From the human T2T-CHM13v2.0 reference genome, Homo sapiens: a stretch of DNA of 64,000 bases. This document shows, in pieces, positions 10,425 to 26,100 of this stretch. Under the pieces are notes generated by a model, which was not told where the DNA came from, ran no database searches, and was given only the letters and a program-made list of their open reading frames with translations. Location: NCBI RefSeq assembly GCF_009914755.1, contig NC_060939.1. One strand, written 5' to 3'. The position numbers and the translations under genes are program-made. Within the stretch, counting starts at the first letter, position 1. Every line of letters begins with the position of its first letter.

Positions 10425-13400
10425 CTTTCCATTCCATTTCATTCCTTTCCATTCCATTTCATTCCATTCCATTCCATTTCATTCCATTCCATTCCATTCG
10501 TGTCCATTCCACTCCAGTCCATTCCATTCGTGTCCATTCCATTCCAGTCCATTCCATTTGTGTCCACTGCCTTCCATTCCACTCCATTCCATATTATTCC
10601 ATTACACTCCATTCCATTCTATTACTTTCATTTCCATTCAATTCCATTCCATTTGATTCCATTCCACTCGGTTTCATTCCATTTGAGTCCACTCCATTCC
10701 ATTCCATTCCATTCCATTCAGTTCCATTCCATTCTGTTCCATTCCATTCCGTTCCATTGCATTCCATTCCATTCGGTACCATTCCATATTGTTCCATTCG
10801 ATTCCATTCGAATCCATTCCATTCCAGTCCATTCCATTCGATTCCATTCCATTCATTTCAATTCCATTCCATTCCATTCCACTTGATTCCTCTCCATTCC
10901 CTTCCACTGCATTCCGTTCGATTCCATTCCATTGCATTGCATTCCATTCCATTGGATTGCATTCCATTCGATTCCATTCCATTCGAATCAATTACATAGC
11001 AATCCATTACATTCGAGTCTATTCTATTCCGTTCCATTCGATTTCGTTCCAATCCATTCGATTCCATTCCATTCGATTCCATTCCATACTATTGCATTCC
11101 ATTCGATTACATTATATTCGAATAAGTTCCATTCAAGACCATTTCTTTTGAGTCCATTCTATTTGAGTCCATTCCCTTTGATTCCATAACATTTGAGTCC
11201 ATTCAATTCCATTCCTTTCGTTTCCATTCCATTTGATGCCATTCCATTCAATTCTGTTCTACTCGACTCCAATACATTCAATTCCATTCCATCCGATTCC
11301 ATTACATTCTTTTCATTTCTTATCCATTTCAAGCCATTCCACTCCATTCCATTCCACTCGTTTCCTTTCCATTCGAGTCCATTCCTCTCCAGTCCATTCC
11401 GTTCAATCCATTCCATTCCAGTCCATTCCATTCGAGTCCGTTCCATTCCAGTCCATTCCATTCGAGTCAATTCCATCCCATTCGATGTCTTTCCATAACG
11501 ATCCATTCCATTCTATTCCTTTCGATTCCATTCCATTCTATTTCATTCCATTCGATTCCCTTCCATTGGACTCATTTCCATTCGAGTGCATTCCATTCCT
11601 TTCCATTTCTTTCCGTTCTGTACGATTCCTACCGTTCGATTTCATTTTGTTCCAGTCCATTCCTTTCGCGTCCATTCCATTCCATTTCACTCCATTCGAT
11701 TCCATTCCACTCGATTCCACTTCGTTCCATTTCATTGCATTCCATTCTATTCAACTCTATTGCCTTCCATTCCATTCCATTCGATTACATTCCATGCGAT
11801 TCCATTCGAAATCGAATCAATTACATTGCAATCCATTACTATTGAGTCCGATTTATTCCAGTCCACTGCATTCTGGTCCATTCCATTTGATTCCATTCCA
11901 TTCTATTCCATTCCATACAGTTGCATTCCATTGGATTCCATGCTATATCTATAAATTCAATTCGAGACCATTGCTTTTGAGTCCATTCTATATGATTCCA
12001 TTCCATTCAAGTCCATTACATTTGGTTCAATTCCATTCCATTCCATTCCCTTCCATTCCATTCCAGTTGATATCAATCCATTCGATTCCATTCCATTCGA
12101 GCACATTCCATTCGAGTCCATTCCATTCGATGCCATTCCATTTGATTCTATTCCATTAGTCTCCATTCAATTCCATTAATCTCCATTCCATTCCATTCTA
12201 CTCCAACTGATTCCATTCCATTATATTCCTTTCCATTCCATTTCATTCCATTCCATTCCATTTCATTCCATTCCATTCCATTCGTGTCCATTCCACTCCA
12301 GTCCATTCCATTCGTGTCCATTCCATTCCAGTCCATTCCATTTGTGTCCCCTGCATTCCATTACACTCCATTCCATATTATTCCATTACACTCCATTCAA
12401 TTCTATTACTTTCATTTCCATTCAATTCCATTCCATTTGATTCCATTCCACTCGGTTTCATTCCATTTGAGTCCACTCCATTCCATTCCATTCCATTCCA
12501 TTCCATTCCATTCAGTTCCATTCCATTCTATTCCATTCCATTCCGTTCCATTACATTCCATTCCATTCGGTACCATTCCATATTGTTCCATTCGATTCCA
12601 TTCGAATCCATTCCATTCCAGTCCATTCCATTCGATTCCATTCCATTCATTTCAATTCCATTCCATTCCATTCCATTACATTCCACTTGATTCCTCTCCA
12701 TTCCCTTCCACTGCATTCCGTTCGATTCCATTCCATTGCATTGCATTCCATTCCATTGGATTGCATTCCATTCGATTCCATTCCATTCGAATCAATTACA
12801 TAGCAATCCATTACATTCGAGTCTATTCTATTCCGTTCCATTCGATTTCGTTCCAATCCATTCCATTCCATTCCATTCGATTCCATTCCATACTATTGCA
12901 TTCCATTCGATTACATTATATTCGAATAAGTTCCATTCAAGACCATTTCTTTTGAGTCCATTCTATTTGAGTCCATTCCCTTTGATTCCATAACATTTGA
13001 GTCCATTCAATTCCATTCCTTTCGTTTCCATTCCATTTGATGCCATTCCATTCAATTCTGTTCTACTCGACTCCAATACATTCAATTCCATACCATCCGA
13101 TTCCATTACATTCTTTTCATTTCTTATCCATTTCAAGCCATTCCACTCCATTCCATTCCACTCGTTTCCTTTCCATTCGAGTCCATTCCTCTCCAGTCCA
13201 TTCCGTTCAATCCATTCCATTCCAGTCCATTCCATTCGAGTCAACTCCATTCCATTCGATGTCTTTCCATAACGATCCATTCCATTCTATTCCTTTCGAT
13301 TCCATTCCATTCTATTTCATTCCATTCGATTCCCTTCCATTGGACTCCTTTCCATTCGAGTGCATTCCATTCCTTTCCATTTCTTTCCGTTCTGTACGAT

Positions 13401-16400
13401 TCCTACCGTTCGATTTCATTTTGTTCCAGTCCATTCCTTTCGCGTCCATTCCATTCCATTTCACTCCATTCGATTCCATTCCACTCGATTCCACTTCGTT
13501 CCATTTCATTGCATTCCATTCTATTCAACTCTATTGCCTTCCATTCCATTCCATTCGATTACATTCCATGCGATTCCATTCGAAATCGAATCAATTACAT
13601 TGCAATCCATTACTATTGAGTCCGTTTTATTCCAGTCCACTGCATTCTGGTCCATTCCATTTGATTCCATTCCATTCTATTCCATTCCATACAGTTGCAT
13701 TCCATTGGATTCCATGCTATATCTATAAATCCAATTCGAGACCATTGCTTTTGAGTCCATTCTATATGATTCCATTCCATTCAAGTCCATTACATTTGGT
13801 TCAATTCCATTCCATTCCATTCCATTCCATTCCATTCCAGTTGATATCAATCCATTCGATTCCATTCCATACGAGCACATTCCATTCGAGTCCATTCCAT
13901 TCGATGCCATTCCATTTGATTCTATTCCATTAGTCTCCATTCAATTCCATTAATCTCCATTACATTCCATTCTACTCCAACTGATTCCATTCCATTCTAT
14001 TCCTTTCCATTCCATTTCATTCCATTCCATTCCATTTCATTCCATTCCATTCCATTCGTGTCCATTCCACTCCAGTCCATTCCATTCGTGTCCATTCCAT
14101 TCCAGTCCATTCCATTTGTGTCCCCTGCATTCCATTACACTCCATTCCATATTATTCCATTACACTCCATTCAATTCTATTACTTTCATTTCCATTCAAT
14201 TCCATTCCATTTGATTCCATTCCACTCGGTTTCATTCCATTTGAGTCCACTCCATTCCATTCCATTCCATTCCATTCAGTTCCATTCCATTCTATTCCAT
14301 TCCATTCCGTTCCATTACATTCCATTCCATTCGGTACCATTCCATATTGTTCCATTCGATTCCATTCGAATCCATTCCATTCCAGTCCATTCCATTCGAT
14401 TCCATTCCATTCATTTCAATTCCATTCCATTCCATTCCATTACATTCCACTTGATTCCTCTCCATTCCCTTCCACTGCATTCCGTTCGATTCCATTCCAT
14501 TGCATTGCATTCCATTCCATTGGATTGCATTCCATTCGATTCCATTCCATTCGAATCAATTACATAGCAATCCATTACATTCGAGTCTATTCTATTCCGT
14601 TCCATTCGATTTCGTTCCAATCCATTCGATTCCATTCCATTCGATTCCATTCCATACTATTGCATTCCATTCGATTACATTATATTCGAATAAGTTCCAT
14701 TCAAGACCATTTCTTTTGAGTCCATTCTATTTGAGTCCATTCCCTTTGATTCCATAACATTTGAGTCCATTCAATTCCATTCCTTTCGTTTCCATTCCAT
14801 TTGATGCCATTCCATTCAATTCTGTTCTACTCGACTCCAATACATTCAATTCCATTCCATCCGATTCCATTACATTCTTTTCATTTCTTATCCATTTCAA
14901 GCCATTCCACTCCATTCCATTCCACTCGTTTCCTTTCCATTCGAGTCCATTCCTCTCCAGTCCATTCCGTTCAATCCATTCCATTCCAGTCCATTCCATT
15001 CGAGTCCGTTCCATTCCAGTCCATTCCATTCGAGTCAATTCCATTCCATTCGATGTCTTTCCATAACGATCCATTCCATTCTATTCCTTTCGATTCCATT
15101 CCATTCTATTTCATTCCATTCGATTCCCTTCCATTGGACTCCTTTCCATTCGAGTGCATTCCATTCCTTTCTATTTCTTTCCGTTCTGTACGATTCCTAC
15201 CGTTCGATTTCATTTTGTTCCAGTCCATTCCTTTCGCGTCCATTCCATTCCATTTCACTCCATTCGATTCCATTCCACTCGATTCCACTTCGTTCCATTT
15301 CATTGCATTCCATTCTATTCAACTCTATTGCCTTCCATTCCATTCCATTCGATTACATTCCATGCGATTCCATTCGAAATCGAATCAATTACATTGCAAT
15401 CCATTACTATTGAGTCCATTTTATTCCAGTCCACTGCATTCTGGTCCATTCCATTTGATTCCATTCCATTCTATTCCATTCCATACAGTTGCATTCCATT
15501 GGATTCCATTCTATATCTATAAATTCAATTCGAGACCATTGCTTTTGAGTCCATTCTATATGATTCCATTCCATTCAAGTCCATTACATTTGGTTCAATT
15601 CCATTCCATTCCATTCCCTTCCATTCCATTCCAGTTGATATCAATCCATTCGATTCCATTCCATTCGAGCACATTCCATTCGAGTCCATTCCATTCGATG
15701 CCATTCCATTTGATTCTATTCCATTAGTCTCCATTCAATTCCATTAATCTCCATTCCATTCCATTCTACTCCAACTGATTCCATTCCATTCTATTCCTTT
15801 CCATTCCATTTCATTCCATTCCATTCCATTTCATTCCATTCCATTCCATTCGTGTCCATTCCACTCCAGTCCATTCCATTCGTGTCCATTCCATTCCAGT
15901 CCATTCCATTTGTGTCCACTGCATTCCATTCCACTCCATTCCATATTATTCCATTACACTCCATTCCATTCTATTACTTTCATTTCCATTCAATTCCATT
16001 TCATTTGATTCCATTCCACTCTGTTTCATTCCATTTGAGTCCACTCCATTCCATTCCATTCCATTCCATTCAGTTCCATTCCATTCTGTTCCATTCCATT
16101 CCGTTCCATTCCATTCAATTCCATTCGGTACCATTCCATATTGTTCCATTCGATTCCATTCGAATCCATTCCATTCCAGTCCATTCCATTCGATTCCATT
16201 CCATTCATTTCAATTCCATTCCATTCCATTCCATTACATTCCACTTGATTCCTCTCCATTCCCTTCCACTGCATTCCGTTCGATTCCATTCCATTGCATT
16301 GCATTCCATTCCATTGGATTGCATTCCATTCGATTCCATTCCATTCGAATCAATTACATAGCAATCCATTACATTCGAGTCTATTCTATTCCGTTCCATT

Positions 16401-19400
16401 CGATTTCGTTCCAATCCATTCGATTCCATTCCATTCGATTCCATTCCATAGTATTGCATTCCATTCGATTACATTATATTCGAATAAGTTCCATTCAAGA
16501 CCATTTCTTTTGAGTCCATTCTATTTGAGTCCATTCCCTTTGATTCCATAACATTTGAGTCCATTCAATTCCATTCCTTTCGTTTCCATTCCATTTGATG
16601 CCATTCCATTCAATTCTGTTCTACTCGACTCCAATACATTCAATTCCATTCCATCCGATTCCATTACATTCTTTTCATTTCTTATCCATTTCAAGCCATT
16701 CCACTCCATTCCATTCCACTCGTTTCCTTTCCATTCGAGTCCATTCCTCCCCAGTCCATTCCGTTCAATCCATTCCATTCCAGTCCATTCCATTCGAGTC
16801 CGTTCCATTCCAGTCCATTCCATTCGAGTCAATTCCATTCCATTCGATGTCTTTCCATAACGATCCATTCCATTCTATTCCTTTCGATTCCATTCCATTC
16901 TATTTCATTCCATTCGATTCCCTTCCATTGGACTCCTTTCCATTCGAGTGCATTCCATTCCTTTCCATTTCTTTCCGTTCTGTACGATTCCTACCGTTCG
17001 ATTTCATTTTGTTCCAGTCCATTCCTTTCGCGTCCATTCCATTCTATTTCACTCCATTCGATTCCATTCCACTCGATTCCACTTCGTTCCATTTCATTGC
17101 ATTAAATTCTATTCAACTCTATTGCCTTCCATTCCATTCCATTCGATTACATTCCATGCGATTCCATTCGAAATCGAAGCAATTACATTGCAATCCATTA
17201 CTATTGAGTCCGTTTTATTCCAGTCCACTGCATTCTGGTCCATTCCATTTGATTCCATTCCATTCTATTCCATTCCATACAGTTGCATTCCATTGGATTC
17301 CATGCTATATCTATAAATTCAATTCGAGACCATTGCTTTTGAGTCCATTCTATATGATTCCATTCCATTCAAGTCCATTACATTTGGTTCAATTCCATTC
17401 CATTCCATTCCCTTCCATTCCATTCCAGTTGATATCAATCCATTCGATTCCATTCCATTCGAGCACATTCCATTCGAGTCCATTCCATTCGATGCCATTC
17501 CATTTGATTCTATTCCATTAGTCTCCATTCAATTCCATTAATCTCCATTCCATTCCATTCTACTCCAACTGATTCCATTCCATTCTATTCCTTTCCATTC
17601 CATTTCATTCCATTCCATTCCATTTCATTCCATTCCATTCCATTCGTGTCCATTCCACTCCAGTCCATTCCATTCGTGTCCATTCCATTCCAGTCCATTC
17701 CATTTGTGTCCCTTGCATTCCATTACACTCCATTCCATATTATTCCATTACACTCCATTGAATTCTATTACTTTCATTTCCATTCAATTCCATTCCATTT
17801 GATTCCATTCCACTCGGTTTCATTCCATTTGAGTCCACTCCATTCCATTCCATTCCATTCCATTCAGTTCCATTCCATTCTATTCCATTCCATTCCGTTC
17901 CATTACATTCCATTCCATTCGGTACCATTCCATATTGTTCCATTCGATTCCATTCGAATCCATTCCATTCCAGTCCATTCCATTCGATTCCATTCCATTC
18001 ATTTCAATTCCATTCCATTCCATTCCATTACATTCCACTTGATTCCTCTCCATTCCCTTCCACTGCATTCCGTTCGATTCCATTCCATTGCATTGCATTC
18101 CATTCCATTGGATTGCATTCCATTCGATTCCATTCCATTCGAATCAATTACATAGCAATCCATTACATTCGAGTCTATTCTATTCCGTTCCATTCGATTT
18201 CGTTCCAATCCATTCGATTCCATTCCATTCGATTCCATTCCATACTATTGCATTCCATTCGATGACATTATATTCGAATAAGTTCCATTCAAGACCATTT
18301 CTTTTGAGTCCATTCTATTTGAGTCCATTCCCTTTGATTCCATAACATTTGAGTCCATTCAATTCCATTCCTTTCGTTTCCATTCCATTTGATGCCATTC
18401 CATTCAATTCTGTTCTACTCGACTCCAATACATTCAATTCCATTCCATCCGATTCCATTACATTCTTTTCATTTCTTATCCATTTCAAGCCATTCCACTC
18501 CATTCCATTCCACTCGTTTCCTTTCCATTCGAGTCCATTCCTCTCCAGTCCATTCCGTTCAATCCATTCCATTCCAGTCCATTCCATTCGAGTCCGTTCC
18601 ATTCCAGTCCATTCCTTTCGAGTCAATTCCATCCCATTCGATGTCTTTCCATAACGATCCATTCCATTCTATTCCTTTCGATTCCATTCCATTCTATTTC
18701 ATTCCATTCGATTCCCTTCCATTGGACTCCTTTCCATTCGAGTGCATTCCATTCCGTTCCATTTCTTTCCGTTCTGTACGATTCCTACCGTTCGATTTCA
18801 TTTTGTTCCAGTCCATTCATTTCGCGTCCATTCCATTCCATTTCACTCCATTCGATTCCATTCCACTCGATTCCACTTCGTTCCATTTCATTGCATTCCA
18901 TTCTATTCAACTCTATTGCCTTCCATTCCATTCCATTCGATTACATTCCATGCGATTCCATTCGAAATCGAATCAATTACATTGCAATCCATTACTATTG
19001 AGTCCGTTTTATTCCAGTCCACTGCATTCTGGTCCATTCCATTTGATTCCATTCCATTCTATTCCATTCCATACAGTTGCATTCCATTGGATTCCATGCT
19101 ATATCTATAAATTCAATTCGAGACCATTGCTTTTGAGTCCATTCTATATGATTCCATTCCATTCAAGTCCATTACATTTGGTTCAATTCCATTCCATTCC
19201 ATTCCCTTCCATTCCATTCCATTTGATATCAATCCATTCGATTCCATTCCATTCGAGCACATTCCATTCGAGTCCATTCCATTCGATGCCATTCCATTTG
19301 ATTCTATTCCATTAGTCTCCATTCAATTCCATTAATCTCCATTCCATTCCATTCTACTCCAACTGATTCCATTCCATTCTATTCCTTTCCATTCCATTCC

Positions 19401-20142
19401 ATTCCATTCCATTCCGTTTCATTCCATTCCATTCCATTCGTGTCCATTCCACTCCAGTCCATTCCATTCGTGTCCATTCCATTCCAGTCCATTCCATTTG
19501 TGTCCACTGCATTCCATTCCACTCCATTCCATATTATTCCATTACACTCCATTCCATTCTATTACTTTCATTTCCATTCAATTCCATTCCATTTGATTCC
19601 ATTCCACTCGGTTTCATTCCATTTGAGTCCACTCCATTCCATTCCATTCCATTCCATTCAGTTCCATTCCATTATGTTCCATTCCATTCCGTTCCATTAC
19701 ATTCCATTCCATTCGGTACCATTCCATATTGTTCCATTCGATTCCATTCGAATCCATTCCATTCCAGTCCATTCCATTCGATTCCATTCCATTCATTTCA
19801 ATTCCATTCCATTCCATTCCATTACATTCCACTTGATTCCTCTCCATTCCCTTCCACTGCATTCCGTTCGATTCCATTCCATTGCATTGCATTCCATTCC
19901 ATTGGATTGCATTCCATTCGATTCCATTCCATTCGAATCAATTACATAGCAATCCATTACATTCGAGTCTATTCTATTCCGTTCCATTCGATTTCGTTCC
20001 AATCCATTCGATTCCATTCCATTCGATTCCATTCCATACTATTGCATTCCATTCGATTACATTATATTCGAATAAGTTCCATTCAAGACCATTTCTTTTG
20101 AGTCCATTCTATTTGAGTCCATTCCCTTTGATTCCATAACAT

Positions 20143-23100
20143 TTGAGTCCATTCAATTCCATTCCTTTCGTTTCCATTCCATTTGATGCCATTCCATTCA
20201 ATTCTGTTCTACTCGACTCCAATACATTCAATTCCATTCCATCCGATTCCATTACATTCTTTTCATTTCTTATCCATTTCAAGCCATTCCACTCCACTCC
20301 ATTCCACTCGTTTCCTTTCCATTCGAGTCCATTCCTCTCCAGTCCATTCCGTTCAATCCATTCCATTCCAGTCCATTCCATTCGAGTCCGTTCCATTCCA
20401 GTCCATTCCATTCGAGTCAATTCCATTCCATTCGACGTCTTTCCATAACGATCCATTCCATTCTATTCCTTTCGATTCCATTCCATTCTATTTCATTCCA
20501 TTCGATTCCCTTCCATTGGACTCCTTTCCATTCGAGTGCATTCCATTCCGTTCCATTTCTTTCCGTTCTGTACGATTCCTACCGTTCGATTTCATTTTGT
20601 TCCAGTCCATTCCTTTCGCGTCCATTCCATTCCATTTCACTCCATTCGATTCCATTCCACTCGATTCCACTTCGTTCCATTTCATTGCATTCCATTCTAT
20701 TCAACTCTATTGCCTTCCATTCCATTCCATTCGATTACATTCCATGCGATTACATTCAAAATCGAATCAATTACATTGCAATCCATTACTATTGAGTCCG
20801 TTTTATTCCAGTCCACTGCATTCTGGTCCATTCCATTTGATTCCATTCCATTTTATTCCATTCCATACAGTTGCATTCCATTGGATTCCATGCTATATCT
20901 ATAAATTCAATTCGAGACCATTGCTTTTGAGTCCATTCTATATGTTTCCATTCCATTCAAGTCCATTACTTTTGGTTCAATTCCATTCCATTCCATTCCC
21001 TTCCATTCCATTCCAGTTGATATCAATCCATTCGATTCCATTCCATTCGAGCACATTCCATTCGAGTCCATTCCATTCGATGCCATTCCATTTGATTCTA
21101 TTCCATTAGTCTCCATTCAATTCCATTAATCTCCATTCCATTCCATTCTACTCCAACTGATTCCATTCCATTCTATTCCTTTCCATTCCATTTCATTCCA
21201 TTCCATTCCATTTCATTCCATTCCATTCCATTCGCTTCCATTCCATTCGTATCCATTCCACTCCAGTCCATTCCATTCGTGTCCATTCCATTCCAGTCCA
21301 TTCCATTTGTGTCCACTGCATTCCATTCCACTCCATTCCATGTTATTCCAGTACACTCCATTCCATTCTATTACTTTCATTTCCATTCAATTCCATTCCA
21401 TTTGATTCCATTCCACTCGGTTTCATTCAATTTGAATCCACTCCATTCTATTCCATTCCATTCCATTCAGTTCCATTCTATTCTGTTCTATTCCATTCCG
21501 TTCCATTGCATTCCATTCCATTCGGTACCTTTCCATATTGTTCCATTCGATTCCATTCGAATCCATTCCATTCCAGTCCATTCCATTCGATTCCATTCCA
21601 TTCCTTTCAATTCCATTCCATTCCATTCCACTTGATTCCACTCCATTCCCTTCCACTGCATTCCATTCGATTCCATTCCATTGCATTGCGTTCCATTCCA
21701 TTGGACTGCATTCCATTCGATTCCATTCCATTCGAATCAATTACATAGCAATCCATTACATTCGAGTCTATTCTATTCCGTTCCATTCGATTTCATTCCA
21801 ATCCATTCGATTCCATTCCATTCGATTCCATTCCATACTATTGCATTCCATTTGATTACATTATATTCGAATAAGTTCCATTCAAGACCATTTCTTTTGA
21901 GTCCATTCTATTTGAGTCCATTCCCTTTGATTCCATAACATTTGAGTCCATTCAATTCCATTCCTTTCGTTTCCATTCCATTTGATGCCATTCCATTCAA
22001 TTCTGTTCTACTCGACTCCAATACATTCAATTCCATTCCATCCGATTCCATTACATTCTTTTCATTTCTTATCCATTTCAAGCCATTCCACTCCATTCCA
22101 TTCCACTCGTTTCCTTTCCATTCGAGTCCATTCCTCTCCAGTCCATTCCGTTCAATCCATTCCATTCCAGTCCATTCCATTCGAGTCCGTTCCATTCCAG
22201 TCCATTCCATTCGAGTCAATTCCATTCCATTCGATGTCTTTCCATAACGATCCATTCCATTCTATTCCTTTCGATTCCATTCCATTCTATTTCATTCCAT
22301 TCGATTCCCTTCCATTGGACTCCTTTCCATTCGAGTGCATTCCATTCCTTTCCATTTCTTTCCGTTCTGTACGATTCCTACCGTTCGATTTCATTTTGTT
22401 CCAGTCCATTCCTTTCGCGTCCATTCCATTCCATTTCACTCCATTCGATTCCATTCCACTCGATTCCACTTCGTTCCATTTCATTGCATTCCATTCTATT
22501 CAACTCTATTGCCTTCCATTCCATTCCATTCGATTACATTCCATGCGATTCCATTCGAAATCGAAGCAATTACATTGCAATCCATTACTATTGAGTCCGT
22601 TTTATTCCAGTCCACTGCATTCTGGTCCATTCCATTTGATTCCATTCCATTCTATTCCATTCCATACAGTTGCATTCCATTGGATTCCATGCTATATCTA
22701 TAAATTCAATTCGAGACCATTGCTTTTGAGTCCATTCTATATGATTCCATTCCATTCAAGTCCATTACATTTGGTTCAATTCCATTCCATTCCATTCCCT
22801 TCCATTCCATTCCAGTTGATATCAATCCATTCGATTCCATTCCATTCGAGCACATTCCATTCGAGTCCATTCCATTCGATGCCATTCCATTTGATTCTAT
22901 TCCATTAGTCTCCATTCAATTCCATTAATCTCCATTCCATTCCATTCTACTCCAACTGATTCCATTCCATTCTATTCCTTTCCATTCCATTTCATTCCAT
23001 TCCATTCCATTTCATTCCATTCCATTCCATTCGTGTCCATTCCACTCCAGTCCATTCCATTCGTGTCCATTCCATTCCAGTCCATTCCATTTGTGTCCCC

Positions 23101-26100
23101 TGCATTCCATTACACTCCATTCCATATTATTCCATTACACTCCATTCAATTCTATTACTTTCATTTCCATTCAATTCCATTCCATTTGATTCCATTCCAC
23201 TCGGTTTCATTCCATTTGAGTCCACTCCATTCCATTCCATTCCATTTCATTCAGTTCCATTCCATTCTATTCCATTCCATTCCGTTCCATTACATTCCAT
23301 TCCATTCGGTACCATTCCATATTGTTCCATTCGATTCCATTCGAATCCATTCCATTCCAGTCCATTCCATTCGATTCCATTCCATTCATTTCAATTCCAT
23401 TCCATTCCATTCCATTCCATTCCACTTGATTCCACTCCATTCCCTTCCACTGCATTCCATTCGATTCCGTTCCATTGCATTGCGTTCCATTCCATTGGAC
23501 TGCATTCCATTCGATTCCATTCCATTCGAATCAGTTACATAGCAATCCATTACATTCGAGTCTATTCTATTCCGTTCCATTCGATTTCATTCCAATCCAT
23601 TCGATTCCATTCCATTCGATTCCATTCCATACTATTGCATTCCATTCGATTACATTATATTCGAATAAGTTCCATTCAAGACCATTTCTTTTGATTCCAT
23701 TCTATTTGAGTCCATTCCCTTTGATTCCATAACATTTGAGTCCATTCAATTCCATTCCTTTCGTTTCCATTCCATTTGATGCCATTCCATTCAATTCTGT
23801 TCTACTCGACTCCAATACATTCAATTCCATTCCATCCGATTCCATTACATTCTTTTCATTTCTTATCCATTTCAAGCCATTCCACTCCATTCCATTCCAC
23901 TCGTTTCCTTTCCATTCGAGTCCATTCCTCTCCAGTCCATTCCGTTCAATCCATTCCATTCCAGTCCATTCCATTCAAGTCCGTTCCATTCCAGTCCATT
24001 CCATTCGAGTCAATTCCATCCCATTCGATGTCTTTCCATAACGATCCATTCCATTCTATTCCTTTCGATTCCATTCCATTCTATTTCATTCCATTCGATT
24101 CCCTTCCATTGGACTCCTTTCCATTCGAGTGCATTCCATTCCGTTCCATTTCTTTCCGTTCTGTACGATTCCTACCGTTCGATTTCATTTTGTTCCAGTC
24201 CATTCCTTTCGCGTCCATTCCATTCCATTTCACTCCATTCGATTCCATTCCACTCGATTCCACTTCGTTCCATTTCATTGCATTCCATTCTATTCAACTC
24301 TATTGCCTTCCATTCCATTCCATTCGATTACATTCCATGCGATTCCATTCGAAATCGAATCAATTACATTGCAATCCATTACTATTGAGTCCGTTTTATT
24401 CCAGTCCACTGCATTCTGGTCCATTCCATTTTATTCCATTCCATTTTATTCCATTCCATACAGTTGCATTCCATTGGATTCCATGCTATATCTATAAATT
24501 CAATTCGAGACCATTGCTTTTGAGTCCATTCTATATGTTTCCATCCCATCCAAGTCCATTACTTTTGGTTCAATTCCATTCCATTCCATTCCCTTCCATT
24601 CCATTCCAGTTGATATCAATCCATTCGATTCCATTCCATTCGAGCACATTCCATTCGAGTCCATTCCATTCGATGCCATTCCATTTGATTCTATTCCATT
24701 AGTCTCCATTCAATTCCATTAATCTCCATTCCATTCCATTCTACTCCAACTGATTCCATTCCATTCTATTCCTTTCCATTCCATTTCATTCCATTCCATT
24801 CCATTTCATTCCATTCCATTCCATTCGCTTCCATTCCATTCGTATCCATTCCACTCCAGTCCATTCCATTCGTGTCCATTCCATTCCAGTCCATTCCATT
24901 TGTGTCCACTGCATTCCATTCCACTCCATTCCATGTTATTCCATTACACTCCATTCCATTCTATTACTTTCATTTCCATTCAATTCCATTCCATTTGATT
25001 CCATTCCACTCGGTTTCATTCCATTTGAATCCACTCCATTCTATTCCATTCCATTCCATTCAGTTCCATTCTATTCTGTTCTATTCCATTCCGTTCCATT
25101 GCATTCCATTCCATTCGGTACCTTTCCATATTGTTCCATTCGATTCCATTCGAATCCATTCCATTCCAGTCCATTCCATTCGATTCCATTCCATTCCTTT
25201 CAATTCCATTCCATTCCATTCCATTCCACTTGATTCCACTCCATTCCCTTCCACTGCATTCCATTCGATTCCGTTCCATTGCATTGCGTTCCATTCCATT
25301 GGACTGCATTCCATTCGATTCCATTCCATTCGAATCAGTTACATAGCAATCCATTACATTCGAGTCTATTCTATTCCGTTCCATTCGATTTCATTCCAAT
25401 CCATTCGATTCCATTCCATTCGATTCCATTCCATACTATTGCATTCCATTCGATTACATTATATTCGAATAAGTTCCATTCAAGACCATTTCTTTTGATT
25501 CCATTCTATTTGAGTCCATTCCCTTTGATTCCATAACATTTGAGTCCATTCAATTCCATTCCTTTCGTTTCCATTCCATTTGATGCCATTCCATTCAATT
25601 CTGTTCTACTCGACTCCAATACATTCAATTCCATTCCATCCGATTCCATTACATTCTTTTCATTTCTTATCCATTTCAAGCCATTCCACTCCATTCCATT
25701 CCACTCGTTTCCTTTCCATTCGAGTCCATTCCTCTCCAGTTCATTCCGTTCAATCCATTCCATTCCAGTCCATTCCATTCAAGTCCGTTCCATTCCAGTC
25801 CATTCCATTCGAGTCAATTCCATCCCATTCGATGTCTTTCCATAACGATCCATTCCATTCTATTCCTTTCGATTCCATTCCATTCTATTTCATTCCATTC
25901 GATTCCCTTCCATTGGACTCCTTTCCATTCGAGTGCATTCCATTCCGTTCCATTTCTTTCCGTTCTGTACGATTCCTACCGTTCGATTTCATTTTCTTCC
26001 AGTCCATTCCTTTCGCGTCCATTCCATTCCATTTCACTCCATTCGATTCCATTCCACTCGATTCCACTTCGTTCCATTTCATTGCATTCCATTCTATTCA

